A stretch of 64,000 nt of DNA. It comes from the human T2T-CHM13v2.0 reference genome, Homo sapiens. The stretch is taken from NCBI RefSeq assembly GCF_009914755.1, contig NC_060936.1; one strand, given 5' to 3'. The notes below the pieces were generated by a model. The model was not told where the DNA came from and made no database searches. It saw only the letters and a list, made by a program, of their open reading frames with translations. Numbering within the stretch: the first letter of the stretch is position 1; each line of letters begins with the position of its first letter. The position numbers were made by a program, and so were the translations under genes. Shown here one piece after another: positions 62,456-64,000 of the stretch.

Positions 62456-63500
62456 AACACTTTGAGCCTCTTATCCTCTATTAGCAGAGGTTAAGTTGGG
62501 GTCTCTAGATTTCTTTTTTTCTTTTTTTTTTTTTTTCATTGTTGTTGTTGTTGTTGGGATAAGGTCTTGTTCTGTTCACCCAGGCTGGACTGCAGTGGCA
62601 CAAACATGGCTCACTGCAGCCTCTACCTCCCAGGCTCAAGTGATCCTCCCACCTCAGCGCCCAACCCAAGTAGCTGGGACTGCAGACATATGCCACCATA
62701 TCTGGCTGTTTTTTTGTTTTCTTGGGTTTTGCCATGTTGTCCAGGCTGGTCTCAAACTTCTGGCTCAAGCGATCCTCCCACTTCAGCCTCCCGAAGTGCT
62801 GGGTTTACAAGTGTGAGCCACCATGCCTGGCCTAGATTTCAACTTGAAAGTCTGTGAGGTGGCTAGGAATGGTGGCTCACACCTGTAATCCCAGCACTTT
62901 AGGAGGCTGAGGCAGGTGGATCGCTTGAGCTCAGAAGTTCAAGACCAGCCTGGGCAACATAGTGAGACCTCGTCTCTATATATTTTTTAAATAAATAATA
63001 ATTTTTAAAAAAAGAAAGTCTGTGGGGTTTATTGGATAATTTAAAGTTTTATTTTCATTTCAATAAAATGCTTGTGATTTAAAGTGCCTGTGTTTGCATT
63101 ATTTACATTGATCCAATGTTTGTCCCTAAGTGGGAGAACTTTGTCTCCGGTCAAAGAGAGAACAGAGGTAGACTTTACCATAGTGAAATGTTCAAGCCAA
63201 GTGAAACACAGAAAGATGCATGGCCTGTAAATAAAGACTTGTAGTGTTTCAGAAAGAGAAAAGTGGAACATGATCACAGAAGGATGCTGAATTCAAGAGT
63301 GTATTGTAGCATTTTACTATATTCACTTTGCAAAAAGAAATGTATTTTCAGGAAAACATCATGCATCATATTGATATTAATTTGCATTAATTTAATAAAC
63401 TTTTAGATTATAAATTTGTTGATTTTATAAGAATACAATAAGTTTTCTTACATGTACATTTATGTTAGTATGTATTATAGAAGCATGACAGCAAAAATGA

Positions 63501-63683
<183 letters not shown>

Positions 63684-63699
63684 TAAGAATCAGTGCTGA

Positions 63700-64000
63700 T
63701 ACAACACCGAAAGCATAAGTAATAAAAGGAAAAATAGACACGAGACTACATCAAACTAAAAAGCTTCCATGCAGCAAAAGAAATAACCAACAGAGTGAAA
63801 AGGCAACCTATGGAATGAGAGAAAATGTTTGCAAACCATGTATCAGATAAGGGGTTAATATCCAAAATATGTAAGAAACTCATTGAATTTAATAGCAAAA
63901 ATACCAATAACCTGATTTGAAAATGGGCAAAGGACCTGAATAGACATTCCTCCAAAGTAGACATACAAATAGCCAACAGGTTTATAAAAAGATGCCCAGA
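63700..64000 (+). mobile_element. L1M ORF2 3' fragment running off the end of the window
   Basis: gactacatcaaactaaaaagcttc...atgggcaaaggacctgaatagaca. Confidence 0.8.

Overview
This is primate, most likely human, genomic DNA. It contains the complete 3-exon coding sequence of KICS2 (C12orf66, a KICSTOR subunit; 445 aa) on the minus strand: exon 1 CDS 31047-30813, exon 2 24774-24489 and exon 3 CDS 3453-2637. A CpG-island promoter lies at about 30.6-31.5 kb, followed by about 33 kb of repeat-rich upstream DNA (Alu, old L1M, MLT/LTR16 and MER elements). The main feature is a full-length L1PA2 in KICS2 intron 2, antisense to the gene, with open ORF1, ORF2 and ORF0. Its antisense promoter points at KICS2 exon 3, about 1 kb away. 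The second ORF0 splice donor has the same phase (2) and the same last five bases (TCCAG) as KICS2 exon 2, so a single 1188-nt splice would give an in-frame 335-aa ORF0-KICS2 fusion protein. The L1 also carries an antisense AATAAA, which completes a 'gene-breaking' layout. Other observations include reuse of one endonuclease site by an Alu and then the L1, an inverted Alu pair between two candidate poly(A) signals, tandem CREs, a flip in Alu orientation at the promoter, template-switch scars inside Alus, and a possible decayed ORF near 43 kb. Repeat boundaries and subfamily names were read by eye and are approximate. Nothing here has been checked against databases or expression data.
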